Shown piece after piece: positions 1-9,600 of a stretch of 64,000 nucleotides of DNA (its first letter is position 1; the number at the start of each line of letters is the position of its first letter). The notes beneath the pieces were generated by a model. It had not been told where the DNA came from, did no database searches, and saw nothing but the letters and a program-made list of their open reading frames with translations. The translations under genes were made by a program, and so were the position numbers. Origin of the DNA: an uncultured Pseudobdellovibrionaceae bacterium (GTDB lineage: Bacteria; Pseudomonadota; Alphaproteobacteria; Micavibrionales; Micavibrionaceae); contig CAZLPZ010000001.1 of the NCBI GenBank assembly GCA_964561535.1, forward strand, positions 40,946-104,945. Reading direction: 5' to 3'.

Positions 1-153
1 TCCGTCGGGCCAATTCCTTTAAGCCTAAGCCTTGGGGCTACAAGTATCATTCCTTACGATGCAAGTACAATCGACGACTTCATCAAAAAAGCAAATGATG
101 CCCTTTCTACTGCTAAAAAGAAAGGGAAGGGGAACATTGAGATTTCTACATAA
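1..153 (+). CDS. C-terminal end of a GGDEF-type diguanylate cyclase (5' end outside window)
   Basis: Frame 1 is open from base 1 to TAA at 151-153. The translation ...IIPYDASTIDDFIKKANDALSTAKKKGKGNIEIST resembles the conserved GGDEF C-terminus (AD.ALY.AK..GRN). Confidence 0.45.
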   Translation, partial: SVGPIPLSLSLGATSIIPYDASTIDDFIKKANDALSTAKKKGKGNIEIST

Positions 154-173
154 ATAAAAATATATCTTCTATA

Positions 174-1082
174 TTATAGCGCCGACTCCCGATCCTCTGC
201 CAATCGATGTGCGGTTATTTCTTCGGCGTTCAAAATCAAAGCCGGAAATTCAGGTTTTTCAGGACGATAATGAACCGTGTGTAAATTCTCAAATGACCGT
301 ATTGAGGCATTTAATTCCGCCAAACGTGACCGCGCCGAAATTAACCTCAATCCTTCTTCTGACCCCGGCGTAAACATCTCTTGACGTAATTTCTCATTCC
401 CGGACCCAATGACATAGGACAATTGTATCCCTTCGAGAAACGCCGCTGCCGAATTAATAAAGTGGACAGGGTTTAAACGCGGTATACCGGGATCTTTTTT
501 ATCCCCTGTAAAATTAAACGTCCGTGTTTTTTGAGGATCGCGCAAAACCAACGCCACCCGCCCATGTTCGACCCCAATCTGAAATGTACAAGCGATATTA
601 CCGTCGTGATGAATGGTTACATTTTTACCAGCTTGTTCAAACAATTCCTCGGCAATCATCACCGCATTTTCATACGGGCGTCCCGCTCGTTCCGCACATT
701 GTTCAATAACATCCAATAAAGTATGATGGGATCCATCTTTAAAAATGGGTTTGCCTTTTGTATAGACAGCAACCCATAATTCAGGATTATGCTCACGTTC
801 AAATCCGCCCGCCGATAAATCCCACAACTGATCCCAATCCACGGGTTCGGCACGCACTAACAATGGCCCCGTACGATCGAATGTATTGATAATCGTTCCT
901 GCAAACCGAACAACGGCGTGCAACATCTGACCCCGAACAATATATGTTTCAACGATTTTTCCCGCACCATCCACCAAATCAACACGGACACGGTTTGACA
1001 ACGCGATGATCGGCTCTCGCCCCATCTCATCGGACGCAATCGTAAAACGCTCGCGCAAAATTGTACAATCAAATTGAGTCAT
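174..1082 (-). CDS. hypothetical protein, 302 aa, no recognised domain
   Basis: Long ORF with ordinary amino-acid composition, convergent with the GGDEF fragment. The overlapping ORFs are short and low-complexity. Confidence 0.6.
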   Translation of the reverse strand: MTQFDCTILRERFTIASDEMGREPIIALSNRVRVDLVDGAGKIVETYIVRGQMLHAVVRFAGTIINTFDRTGPLLVRAEPVDWDQLWDLSAGGFEREHNPELWVAVYTKGKPIFKDGSHHTLLDVIEQCAERAGRPYENAVMIAEELFEQAGKNVTIHHDGNIACTFQIGVEHGRVALVLRDPQKTRTFNFTGDKKDPGIPRLNPVHFINSAAAFLEGIQLSYVIGSGNEKLRQEMFTPGSEEGLRLISARSRLAELNASIRSFENLHTVHYRPEKPEFPALILNAEEITAHRLAEDRESAL

Positions 1083-1230
1083 AATTTATGTCATCATCTT
1101 TTGTGCTGCATGCCTCGAAATTTGAAGGCATCAGATCTATCCAGTGTGCCGCATAAATCCTAACTGAATATAAAGAAACCACCAAAAATAAAATATGTCT
1201 ATTAAAACACCCTAAACGAGAACCATATTT

Positions 1231-1530
1231 TTAATGCGCGCAATAAATTTTGGCCAGGGCCCGCACAACTTGCTCGGCGCGGATCGAGTCAAGACGATAA
1301 TAAACCGTTTGGGCATCTTTACGGGATTTCACCAACCCATCACGTTTCATCACGGACAAAAATTGTGAAATATGGGATTGGCTGGCCTTTTTCCCGGCTA
1401 CATTGACGAGATCACCCACACACGTTTCACCATGCTCTAATAGATGACATAAAATAAACAAGCGCACCGGATGCGCCAACGATTTTAATAAATCGACCGC
1501 CTGTTCTAATTTCTTAAAAGAAGTCGCCAT
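1231..1530 (-). CDS. ArsR/SmtB-family transcriptional repressor (YgaV/BigR-like)
   Basis: Winged-helix signature LKSLAHPVRLFILCHLL...CVGDLV...SQSHISQFLSVMKRDGLV...VYYRL. Cys residues lie in helix 2 and at the C-terminus (IYCAH). Divergent from a rhodanese gene. Confidence 0.85.
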   Translation of the reverse strand: MATSFKKLEQAVDLLKSLAHPVRLFILCHLLEHGETCVGDLVNVAGKKASQSHISQFLSVMKRDGLVKSRKDAQTVYYRLDSIRAEQVVRALAKIYCAH

Positions 1531-1580
1531 ATTATATGCCCCTTGTTATATAGACCTTGACATGTATATTAAAGTAATCT

Positions 1581-1593
1581 AATATAGTATATT
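1581..1593. promoter_or_regulatory. 13-bp palindrome AATATAGTATATT in the arsR/rhodanese divergent promoter region (candidate operator)
   Basis: The half-sites AATATA and TATATT are reverse complements around a central G. The palindrome sits between the two divergent start codons. Confidence 0.3.
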
Positions 1594-1633
1594 ATAACAT
1601 ACTTATAAACAACCTCACAACAGGAAAAACACC

Positions 1634-2212
1634 ATGCCCTTAACTATCCCGGCCTCCGATCTTCCAAAAGTTGACATATCTCACGGCGTTATCATTGATG
1701 TCCGCACAGGTGTCGAACATAACGAAAAGCGCCTGACATGCGCCCACGCGCATATCCCTTTGGATACGTTAAATCCCCGTGCATTTATGAACCAAAATAA
1801 CTTAAACGCCGATACACCTGTTTACCTACTGTGTCGCAGTGGGGGACGTGCAACCCAAGCCGCCGCACAATTTATGGCCGCCGGATACCCCAATGTCACG
1901 GTGATCGAAGGCGGAATCATGGCCTGCGAGGCGTGCGGCCATGATGTTGTTGGGTCAACAATCCCCTCTTCTGGCACATCGACAATAACGGCGCCAGACC
2001 TACTCACAATTCGTCGCCCCATTACATTAGAACGCCAGGTTCGGATCGCCGCGGGGTCACTTATATTAATCGGATTCATTCTTTCACTATTTATCCACCC
2101 CATTTTCATCGGCCTGACCATTTTTGTGGGTGCGGGATTGGTTTATGCAGGCCTGACTGACCGATGCGGCATGGCGTTAATGCTCGCCCACGCCCCGTGG
2201 AATAAACAATAA
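1634..2212 (+). CDS. rhodanese-domain sulfurtransferase fused to a DUF2892 membrane hairpin (YgaP architecture)
   Basis: Rhodanese active-site loop LLCRSGGRA (C-X4-R). The C-terminal hydrophobic hairpin ends in GLTDRCGMALMLAHAPWN, typical of DUF2892. Confidence 0.8.
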   Translation: MPLTIPASDLPKVDISHGVIIDVRTGVEHNEKRLTCAHAHIPLDTLNPRAFMNQNNLNADTPVYLLCRSGGRATQAAAQFMAAGYPNVTVIEGGIMACEACGHDVVGSTIPSSGTSTITAPDLLTIRRPITLERQVRIAAGSLILIGFILSLFIHPIFIGLTIFVGAGLVYAGLTDRCGMALMLAHAPWNKQ

Positions 2213-2243
2213 TTTTTAACCCCAACCAAAAAAGAGGATCCCC

Positions 2244-2585
2244 ATGACAAAAATTTATAAAGAAATCATCGCCGATATTGGCGCATATGCGAAAGAACTC
2301 CACGGCCTGATCCCCGATACGATGTCTGGATTTTCAGCGATGGCCAAGGCCGCAACCACAACCAAAGTATTGGATGAAAAAACAAAAGAACTGATTGCCC
2401 TTGCTCTGGGGGTTGCCGCACGATGCGATGGATGTTTAGGGTTCCATACCAAAACGCTGGCGCGGCTGGGGGCAACACGAGAAGAGATCGGCGAGACCCT
2501 CGCCATGGCCATTTACATGGGCGGCGGTCCGTCACTCATGTACGCCGCCGATGCATTACGCGCATATGACGAGTTTAAGGGATAA
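2244..2585 (+). CDS. carboxymuconolactone decarboxylase / AhpD-like family protein
   Basis: ELIALALGVAARCDGCLGFHTKTLARLGATREEIGETLAMAIYMGGGP matches the CMD-family CxxC core. Confidence 0.8.
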   Translation: MTKIYKEIIADIGAYAKELHGLIPDTMSGFSAMAKAATTTKVLDEKTKELIALALGVAARCDGCLGFHTKTLARLGATREEIGETLAMAIYMGGGPSLMYAADALRAYDEFKG

Positions 2586-2601
2586 TGCGATACAAATATT
2601 T

Positions 2602-3024
2602 TTAAATATAATGTTCAAGAGGGAGGGGCTGGGGATGTTTTTTATTTTCCTGAATAATCTCTAATCCCCCCCCGCTCCCTAAACGAGTGAGTTTTATAGG
2701 AAACCATTCTTTACGACCCAGAGCTTGCCACTCCCCCTCTAATCTTCGGCCTTTCGATACAAGATTCAAATGTATACGAAATAGTCTTGTATCATTTCTG
2801 TTTTCAAGAAGTGAAAGAGCCTCTCCATTAAAAGAACCTGAAAGGTTGGAATTAAAAGAATGAGACCCTAAATCACTAACCCTTTTCTCGGACCAGTCAC
2901 CAACAACACGATGACCCATTTGTATAAAACGGCATACTAATACAGTGTGCGCATCAGAATAATCGTCAAGCCCACCTACCCAGGGCCCCGACACACCAAT
3001 TTTCTTATTATTTTCTAAACCCAT
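2602..3024 (-). CDS. hypothetical protein, 140 aa
   Basis: ORF only, with no recognisable motif. Local sequence looks AT-rich. Confidence 0.4.
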   Translation of the reverse strand: MGLENNKKIGVSGPWVGGLDDYSDAHTVLVCRFIQMGHRVVGDWSEKRVSDLGSHSFNSNLSGSFNGEALSLLENRNDTRLFRIHLNLVSKGRRLEGEWQALGRKEWFPIKLTRLGSGGGLEIIQENKKHPQPLPLEHYI

Positions 3025-3175
3025 AACGCCCCCCTTTTTTTATTTCTATAATATATTTACCCCTCCCTGTCAATTTCTACCTTTCATTCAGAAATCTCTG
3101 CTATACTAACTTTGTTCAGAATGATATCGGCCCCGTGCACGGGTCACCGATCCCCGCGGATGAGGATTATCCCCC

Positions 3176-4567
3176 ATGATTTACCATCTTTATGACTTGC
3201 AACATGCCCTTTTGACCCCCGCCCGCGCGGCGATGGAAGGGATGAAGGCGGCCCTGCAAAACCCATTTAACCCTCTCACCCATACCGACGGTGGTCGTAA
3301 AATGGCGGCCGGCGCCGAACTTTTTGAACGCATGACACGGCGGTTTGGTCGTCCTTCTTTTGACCTGCCCACCACAATCATTGACGGCAAAAAGATCAAA
3401 ATCACCGAAGAAGACGTGATGGTTAAACCATTTTGTGACTTGTTGCATTTTAAACGCGCCACCCCCCGCAAGGACCCAAAGGTCCTGGTTGTGGCCCCCA
3501 TGTCGGGCCACTGGGCCACTTTATTACGCGGCACGGTCGAAGCGTTATTGCCCCACCATGATGTATATATCACTAATTGGGAAGACGCCCGCCAAATTCC
3601 GTTAAAGGACGGTCGATTTAATCTAGATGATTATATCAATTATTTACGTGATTTCTTAAATTTTTTAGGTCCCGATGTCCACGTCATTGCGGTGTGTCAA
3701 CCCGCCGTCCCCGTGGTGGCTGTTACGGCCCTAATGAATAATGAAAAAGACCCCACCGCCCCGAGGTCCATGACATTGATGGGAGGTCCCATTGATGCCC
3801 GCATTACCCCCACGGAAGTTACGCAACTGGCCGAGAAAAAACCCATGAAATGGTTTGAAAAAATGCTGGTCAGCGAGGTGCCGTTTTATTACCCTGGCGC
3901 CCATCGGCGGGTTTACCCCGGGTTCCTCCAGCTTTCCAGTTTTATGTCCATGAATATGGAACGCCACGTCTCGGCCCACATGGATTTCTATAACCACCTT
4001 GTCGAAGGCGACGGTGAAGGGGCGGAACAACACCGAAAATTCTATAATGAATATATGGCGGTCATGGATTTACCCGCGGAATTTTACTTACAAACGGTCG
4101 ATGTTGTGTTCCAACGGTTTTTGTTACCAAAAAGTCAGATGAAATGGCGTGATCCGGAAACAGAAGAGCTCCATGATATTTTGCCAGCCAAAATTACAAA
4201 AACCGCTTTATTAACGATCGAGGGGGAACTAGACGATATTTCCGCCCACGGGCAAACGACCGCCGCGCACGATATTTGCACGGGAATCCCCGACAATATG
4301 CAGTTTCATCATTTCCAACTGGATGTCGGACACTATGGTATTTTCAACGGGCGGCGGTGGCGGGAACAAATCATGCCGCGGATCCGACATTTCATTCGCG
4401 ATATGGACAAGACAAAAGCCGACCCGGTGCCGGCGAGCGATTTAAAGCTGATCCCTGATCTGAAACCCGATCGTTATAATGTTCAAAAACATGGGATTAA
4501 AGCCGTGCGAATCCTCTGCGCCGAACGCGAAAAAGCGCGGGAAGCAAAGAAAAATTCCAAGAAATAA
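3176..4567 (+). CDS. phaZ: intracellular polyhydroxyalkanoate (PHB) depolymerase
   Basis: The N-terminus MIYHLYDLQHALLTPARAAMEG...FNPL and the overall 460-aa layout match the intracellular PhaZ family. A GGAT/GAGG-like RBS lies upstream. Confidence 0.8.
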   Translation: MIYHLYDLQHALLTPARAAMEGMKAALQNPFNPLTHTDGGRKMAAGAELFERMTRRFGRPSFDLPTTIIDGKKIKITEEDVMVKPFCDLLHFKRATPRKDPKVLVVAPMSGHWATLLRGTVEALLPHHDVYITNWEDARQIPLKDGRFNLDDYINYLRDFLNFLGPDVHVIAVCQPAVPVVAVTALMNNEKDPTAPRSMTLMGGPIDARITPTEVTQLAEKKPMKWFEKMLVSEVPFYYPGAHRRVYPGFLQLSSFMSMNMERHVSAHMDFYNHLVEGDGEGAEQHRKFYNEYMAVMDLPAEFYLQTVDVVFQRFLLPKSQMKWRDPETEELHDILPAKITKTALLTIEGELDDISAHGQTTAAHDICTGIPDNMQFHHFQLDVGHYGIFNGRRWREQIMPRIRHFIRDMDKTKADPVPASDLKLIPDLKPDRYNVQKHGIKAVRILCAEREKAREAKKNSKK

Positions 4568-4598
4568 TCATGTCATCCGGGATGACGCCCTTTAAACT

Positions 4599-5567
4599 CT
4601 ACCCCACCCTTGGCGTCCGTTTCTTATGTTTGCGGTCCGGTAACGGCCGGCCCCAGACAAATTTGGGCACGATATAGTTTGGCCGCACATTATGGTGCGC
4701 CATCACCAAATTATTCAACGATTTTTCCAAATCACTTAACGTCGACAACCCTTTAAAATTCCCAGAATGCAGGCCCGTCGCCGCAATCAAGCACGTGTCC
4801 ATTTCGGCCGTGACACCGCCCAAAATATCCTGATCCATCGCATCGCCAATCATCACACATTGGCCCGGGAAAATCTCTTTTTTCCGTAAAAAATCCATAC
4901 AGGACCGGAAAATCGGCTCGAACGGTTTCCCAATATACGTCACAACGCCGCCAAAATCTTGATAGCGCCTTGCAATCGCCCCGGTGCCCATCACGGGGTG
5001 CCCCCCCACCAACCCCCGCATTTCCGGGTTGGAACAAATCGCCTTTAAGCGCTTTTTCGCGGCTTCTTTTAAGATAATATCATAATCTTCGAGTGATTTT
5101 TCAGGGGCATCGCACCCGGCAATCACCATAAAATCGGCCTCATCGGGGGTGCCCACCACCGTAATATCATCCAATCCGTCCACAATCGAATGGTCGCCGC
5201 CATGAGAAATCAGAAAACATTTGGTCCCCAACCCCTTAAACGCGCCCGAATGATCATGCAACCCTTGCCAGACCATCTCGGATGAGGTCACCAGATGATC
5301 ATACAAATCCGCCGGGATCCCAATTTGGGTCAAACGTGCCCGGTTTTCCGCCGCGCGTTTCGATGAATTCGACAATAAAATAACGGTTTTCCGTCGATTT
5401 TTCAGTTCGGTTAAACAGTCGATCACCCCGTCAAACGGTTTTTCACCATTATGCAGGACACCATATTGATCCAGAATAAACCCGGCATAGCTATCGGATA
5501 AATCAGAAATCCCTTGGCAAAATTTTGTGGATGACATCGACAAAAACCCTGGTGAACGAAAGGACAC
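4599..5567 (-). CDS. HAD-superfamily hydrolase, subfamily IIA (TIGR01459-like)
   Basis: Motif I FILDQYGVLHNG, then ILLSNSS, then the C-terminal GDAMDQDILGG motif. The true start may be the internal Met at 5537. Confidence 0.75.
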   Translation of the reverse strand: MSFRSPGFLSMSSTKFCQGISDLSDSYAGFILDQYGVLHNGEKPFDGVIDCLTELKNRRKTVILLSNSSKRAAENRARLTQIGIPADLYDHLVTSSEMVWQGLHDHSGAFKGLGTKCFLISHGGDHSIVDGLDDITVVGTPDEADFMVIAGCDAPEKSLEDYDIILKEAAKKRLKAICSNPEMRGLVGGHPVMGTGAIARRYQDFGGVVTYIGKPFEPIFRSCMDFLRKKEIFPGQCVMIGDAMDQDILGGVTAEMDTCLIAATGLHSGNFKGLSTLSDLEKSLNNLVMAHHNVRPNYIVPKFVWGRPLPDRKHKKRTPRVG

Positions 5568-5697
5568 AAAGACATAGTTCCCGTCAGGATACCCCCATAA
5601 GGGTTAAACAAGGATTAGCAGGGCATTAATTTTATCGCCATTGACATATTTAAAACAAATCATTAAAAAATAAAAACTGACCCACAAGGGATATAAA

Positions 5698-6429
5698 ATG
5701 ACAAATGCTCTAATGCCAGGTTCCAATGTTCATCCCGCCGACTATATGGCGGAAACAAAACGACTTCAGGCAGAAGCAGAATTACATTATGGAACGACAA
5801 ATCAGCTAGACGATGCAAAAGAAAGCGCCGTATTTTCTCGTTACAAAAAAATTGTCCTATACGCCCCTTCTCATGCTGGAGAGGCCGCATATCAATTGGC
5901 TCTGATGTGCCGTTCCTATTATTGTGGCCGTCCATTTTCAAAACAAATTGGTAATGAAATATCTCCAGATATTGGTGGCGCAACTGAATCCTGGTTTCAA
6001 TGTGCGTTAGATAATCTCTATATAAAAGCAATTGCCCCCTATGCTGATTTTATTCGTTATCATAATCCTACACGTGCCCATGAACTTGACCTTTTGGGTG
6101 CACAATCTAAAGATTGGCGCGGAATAACTAACATTATTTATGCTGGATTAAACAATCGCGGCACATTAGCAAACAATGGAGCGGAAATATTAAAATGGAT
6201 CCGCAGACTTAATCATTCTGATGCCCCAGAAGATGTAAAAGAGCAAGTTATCAACTCAACCGTACAACAAATTACGCAGAATCCTCACACCATGATGGCC
6301 AGGGATTTTATTCGGGCCGCAATGACTGTCAGTTTAAAAGGTCCAGATACTAAAATTGTAACTTTTAATCAGGATATCGCGGCACCTAATCATCCTGAAA
6401 CGAATAAACCAGACTTAAGCAAAAGATAA
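5698..6429 (+). CDS. hypothetical protein, 243 aa
   Basis: ORF preceded by AAGGGA 6 nt upstream of the ATG. No recognised domain. Followed by an inverted repeat at 6447-6478. Confidence 0.5.
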   Translation: MTNALMPGSNVHPADYMAETKRLQAEAELHYGTTNQLDDAKESAVFSRYKKIVLYAPSHAGEAAYQLALMCRSYYCGRPFSKQIGNEISPDIGGATESWFQCALDNLYIKAIAPYADFIRYHNPTRAHELDLLGAQSKDWRGITNIIYAGLNNRGTLANNGAEILKWIRRLNHSDAPEDVKEQVINSTVQQITQNPHTMMARDFIRAAMTVSLKGPDTKIVTFNQDIAAPNHPETNKPDLSKR

Positions 6430-6628
6430 AAAAGAATAAGAGAGGCAGCGTCATCTCAGTGCCGACGGGAATGACGCTTTCTTTGAATCCTCCCTTCCCG
6501 AATCAAATCCTGTTGATAACCTTAAAAACCCCGTTGAATAAAGGGGTTGCACATGGTTCTATATCCTGGCTTTCAAAAATTTATCTCGCGTTTTTCAAAA
6601 AACCGTCTCGTTCAGGGGGAATGTTGGC

Positions 6629-9600
6629 ATGACTTCTACGTCCGCGTCATCACGTTTTTCGTCCATCACAGAAGAAGAAGCAATCATTGCGGATGGGGCG
6701 GCGATTGCCTTGCCGGATGGTTCAACCACCCCCCCTGTCACATCAGACCTGCGCAAAACAACATTGGCCGACGGCCTCGAAAAATCGGAACCCTCTATGT
6801 CCCTCTCTGCTGGATCTTTACGCGGCGAAAGCAGCAAATCGGGTTTCTCCTTACGTGATTTTGATGATAAAGACGCCCTGAAAATCGCCGAAGAAACCGC
6901 CCTGGATGCCGAAATGGCGGCCCTGGCCACCCCCGCAACCGCACGCGCCGCAACATCCGACGCCGATGACGATGGATTATTCACGGGCTCGGGCGTCCCG
7001 CTATCGGCCATGCGCTTCCCGAAATGGGTCGATTATGTTCAAACCGCGGCCGTTGTGTTCTCGGCCGTGTGGATCACTCTATCGCTCGTTTTGATCATCA
7101 CGCGCCTGGGACCTGCCCTTCCCGGCATGATGCCCCAGGAAATTGGCGGCGTTTTGGCCGGTGTCCTGGCCCCCGTTGCATTATTATGGCTCGCCCTCAC
7201 CCACATCACCCGGACATACGATGCCCAACGGTATGGCGAGGCCCTGCGCGCCGAACTGCACGCCCTGATTTTCCCGTCCGAAGATCGGCAACAACGTATT
7301 TCGCATGACATTGAAAAATTATGCGAACAGGCCGCGGAACTCGCCGGGTCGTCCCGCACCGTGCTCAAGGCCATCCAAAAATCACGTCAAGCCCTGCACC
7401 AAGAAACACGTGAATTCGTTTTGCTGTCGCGCAAAGCCGAAGTTCATATCGATAAGCTGGCGGAAAACCTGCACGATCGGGTTCAAAAATTACAAACCAT
7501 TACAGACGACGTCGAACGCCGCACCCATAATATTGATGCCCGCACCCAAGAAGGGGTGAAAGTTTGGGACGAAACAGCCGCCCATATTCTGGTCAAAGCC
7601 GAAGAAATCGAAACGGCCCTGGGGCGTGGTGCGGTCAAAATTACAGATGCCGCGGAAATGGCACAAACCAAGGCAACCGACATTGAAACACAACTGAACA
7701 ATACCGTTGAAAACCTAAGCACCTCGATTGATACCGTCGCTGGTCGCATGACAACCCTATCATCCCAATTTGACGATCATGGCGGCAACCTGTCCCGCGC
7801 CTCGGAACGCGTTGTGGATGAAACAAAACGATTGGGAATGATGATCCAATCGCAAATCAGCGATCTTGAAGGGATGTCAACGGGCGTATTCGAGGCCGTC
7901 GCAAAATCATCCGCCATGGTCAAAGAACAAAGCAATACATTAGACGCTGGCGCTGTGGCGCTCGCCCGCCACACGGAAGAAATCGCCGGAAAAATCAAAT
8001 CCAGCACCGATTATCTGGCCGAAGCCGCACGCGATGTTGAAACCCGCGCCGGTGACATCGAAGATCGTATCTCACGTCAAGCCGATTCCTTAAAAACAAT
8101 TCTCTATCAACTTGAATCACAAACACGCACCGTTGAACATACCGGTGACAATATCGCTGAACGTCTATCTGAATCGCTCGCGGTCGCACTATCTGGATCA
8201 GAAACTCTCTCGACATCTGTGCGCAAGGCTGTTGAATCATTGCAAAATGCGGCAAGCGAAAGCCGTGCCCAGGCCGCTGACATTCTGCGCGTTACAAACA
8301 CCAGCATTGATAATTTACAACAAACAGGATCGGCGCAAATGCAACGTGCCGAGCAAATAGATCAAACATTACAATCGCACCGCGATCTTTTAATCGATAG
8401 TGCCCGCAAAGCCGAAGAGCAAGCGCGTGATGTCTTGAAACTCTATGATGAACAAACCATATCGATGGGCCTGGCCGTCACCCAATTATCCGAAAAATTA
8501 ACATCCGCAGCATTAGGAATCCAATCGCCTTTACGGGCCGTTGAACAAGCCGTCAATGAAGCGGATCGTCGCCATGATGCCCTTGAGCAAACATTAATGC
8601 GCCGCGTAGATGATTTATCACGCACATCGGATAAAGCGCGAGAAGCCGCCGAACATATTCAAAACATCTTGCGGACTCAAGCACAGGATTTATCCATTCT
8701 ATCGGGTCAAATCTCGGGTCAAGTACGATCAATCGGCGATCAAATCGGACAACAAAAAGATTTATTGGGAACCCAAGTCGAACGGACTGTTCAAGATCTT
8801 GATCATGTGCGCGCAGCCATTGCACGCCAGGCCGAAAGTCTGTCGCAAGTGGCGTCCGATATGAATAATGACATGTCACGTCTGCATGACCGAATGAATG
8901 ACCGCACCGGAATTTTAAGATCAGATGCCGAAGGTCTGACAACGCGCCTGTATGAACTCGATGAAAAAATGTCATCGTCTTCATCTAAATTATCCGAACT
9001 CACGTCAAAACTCCGTGATAACGCCGATGTGGCGGCCGCTACGATCGATTCAACCATTGATCATGCGGAACCAATTTATCGGCGTGTTCTGGATCAGGCC
9101 ACGGCCACACAAGATCGCTTTGAACTCTTGAACCGCAGCTTTGACACAACCGCCACCAGTAATCTGGAACGCTTACAACAAATCGGCGGTATTTTTGATG
9201 ACCGGCTGTCGCAATTGCGTACCGGTGTTCAAGAGGCTGCGCAAATTCTTCGGTCATCCGGCGATGATTTGCGCCAACGCGTCGATGATATTGAAAGTGC
9301 AAGCATGTCGGCCAGTGACCGCATGAATACCGTCAGCGGAACATTAAATAACCAAATCTCGGACATTCACCTGCTGACCGATCAATCTTTGCTGAAAATC
9401 GAAAACGTTCAAAAAGCGATTGAAAACCAATTCCACGAACTGAACGTGGCCGTCGGTAAGGCGGTATCTGAACTGGAAGGCGCACAAAATCAATTTACTG
9501 GTGCCGCGCGCACCTTGGACAGTTCGGTTGATGGATCGGTTCGCAAAATGCAAACGGCCGCACGCGAAACGGTTGACGAAAGCAATGTCTTACAAGGTGC

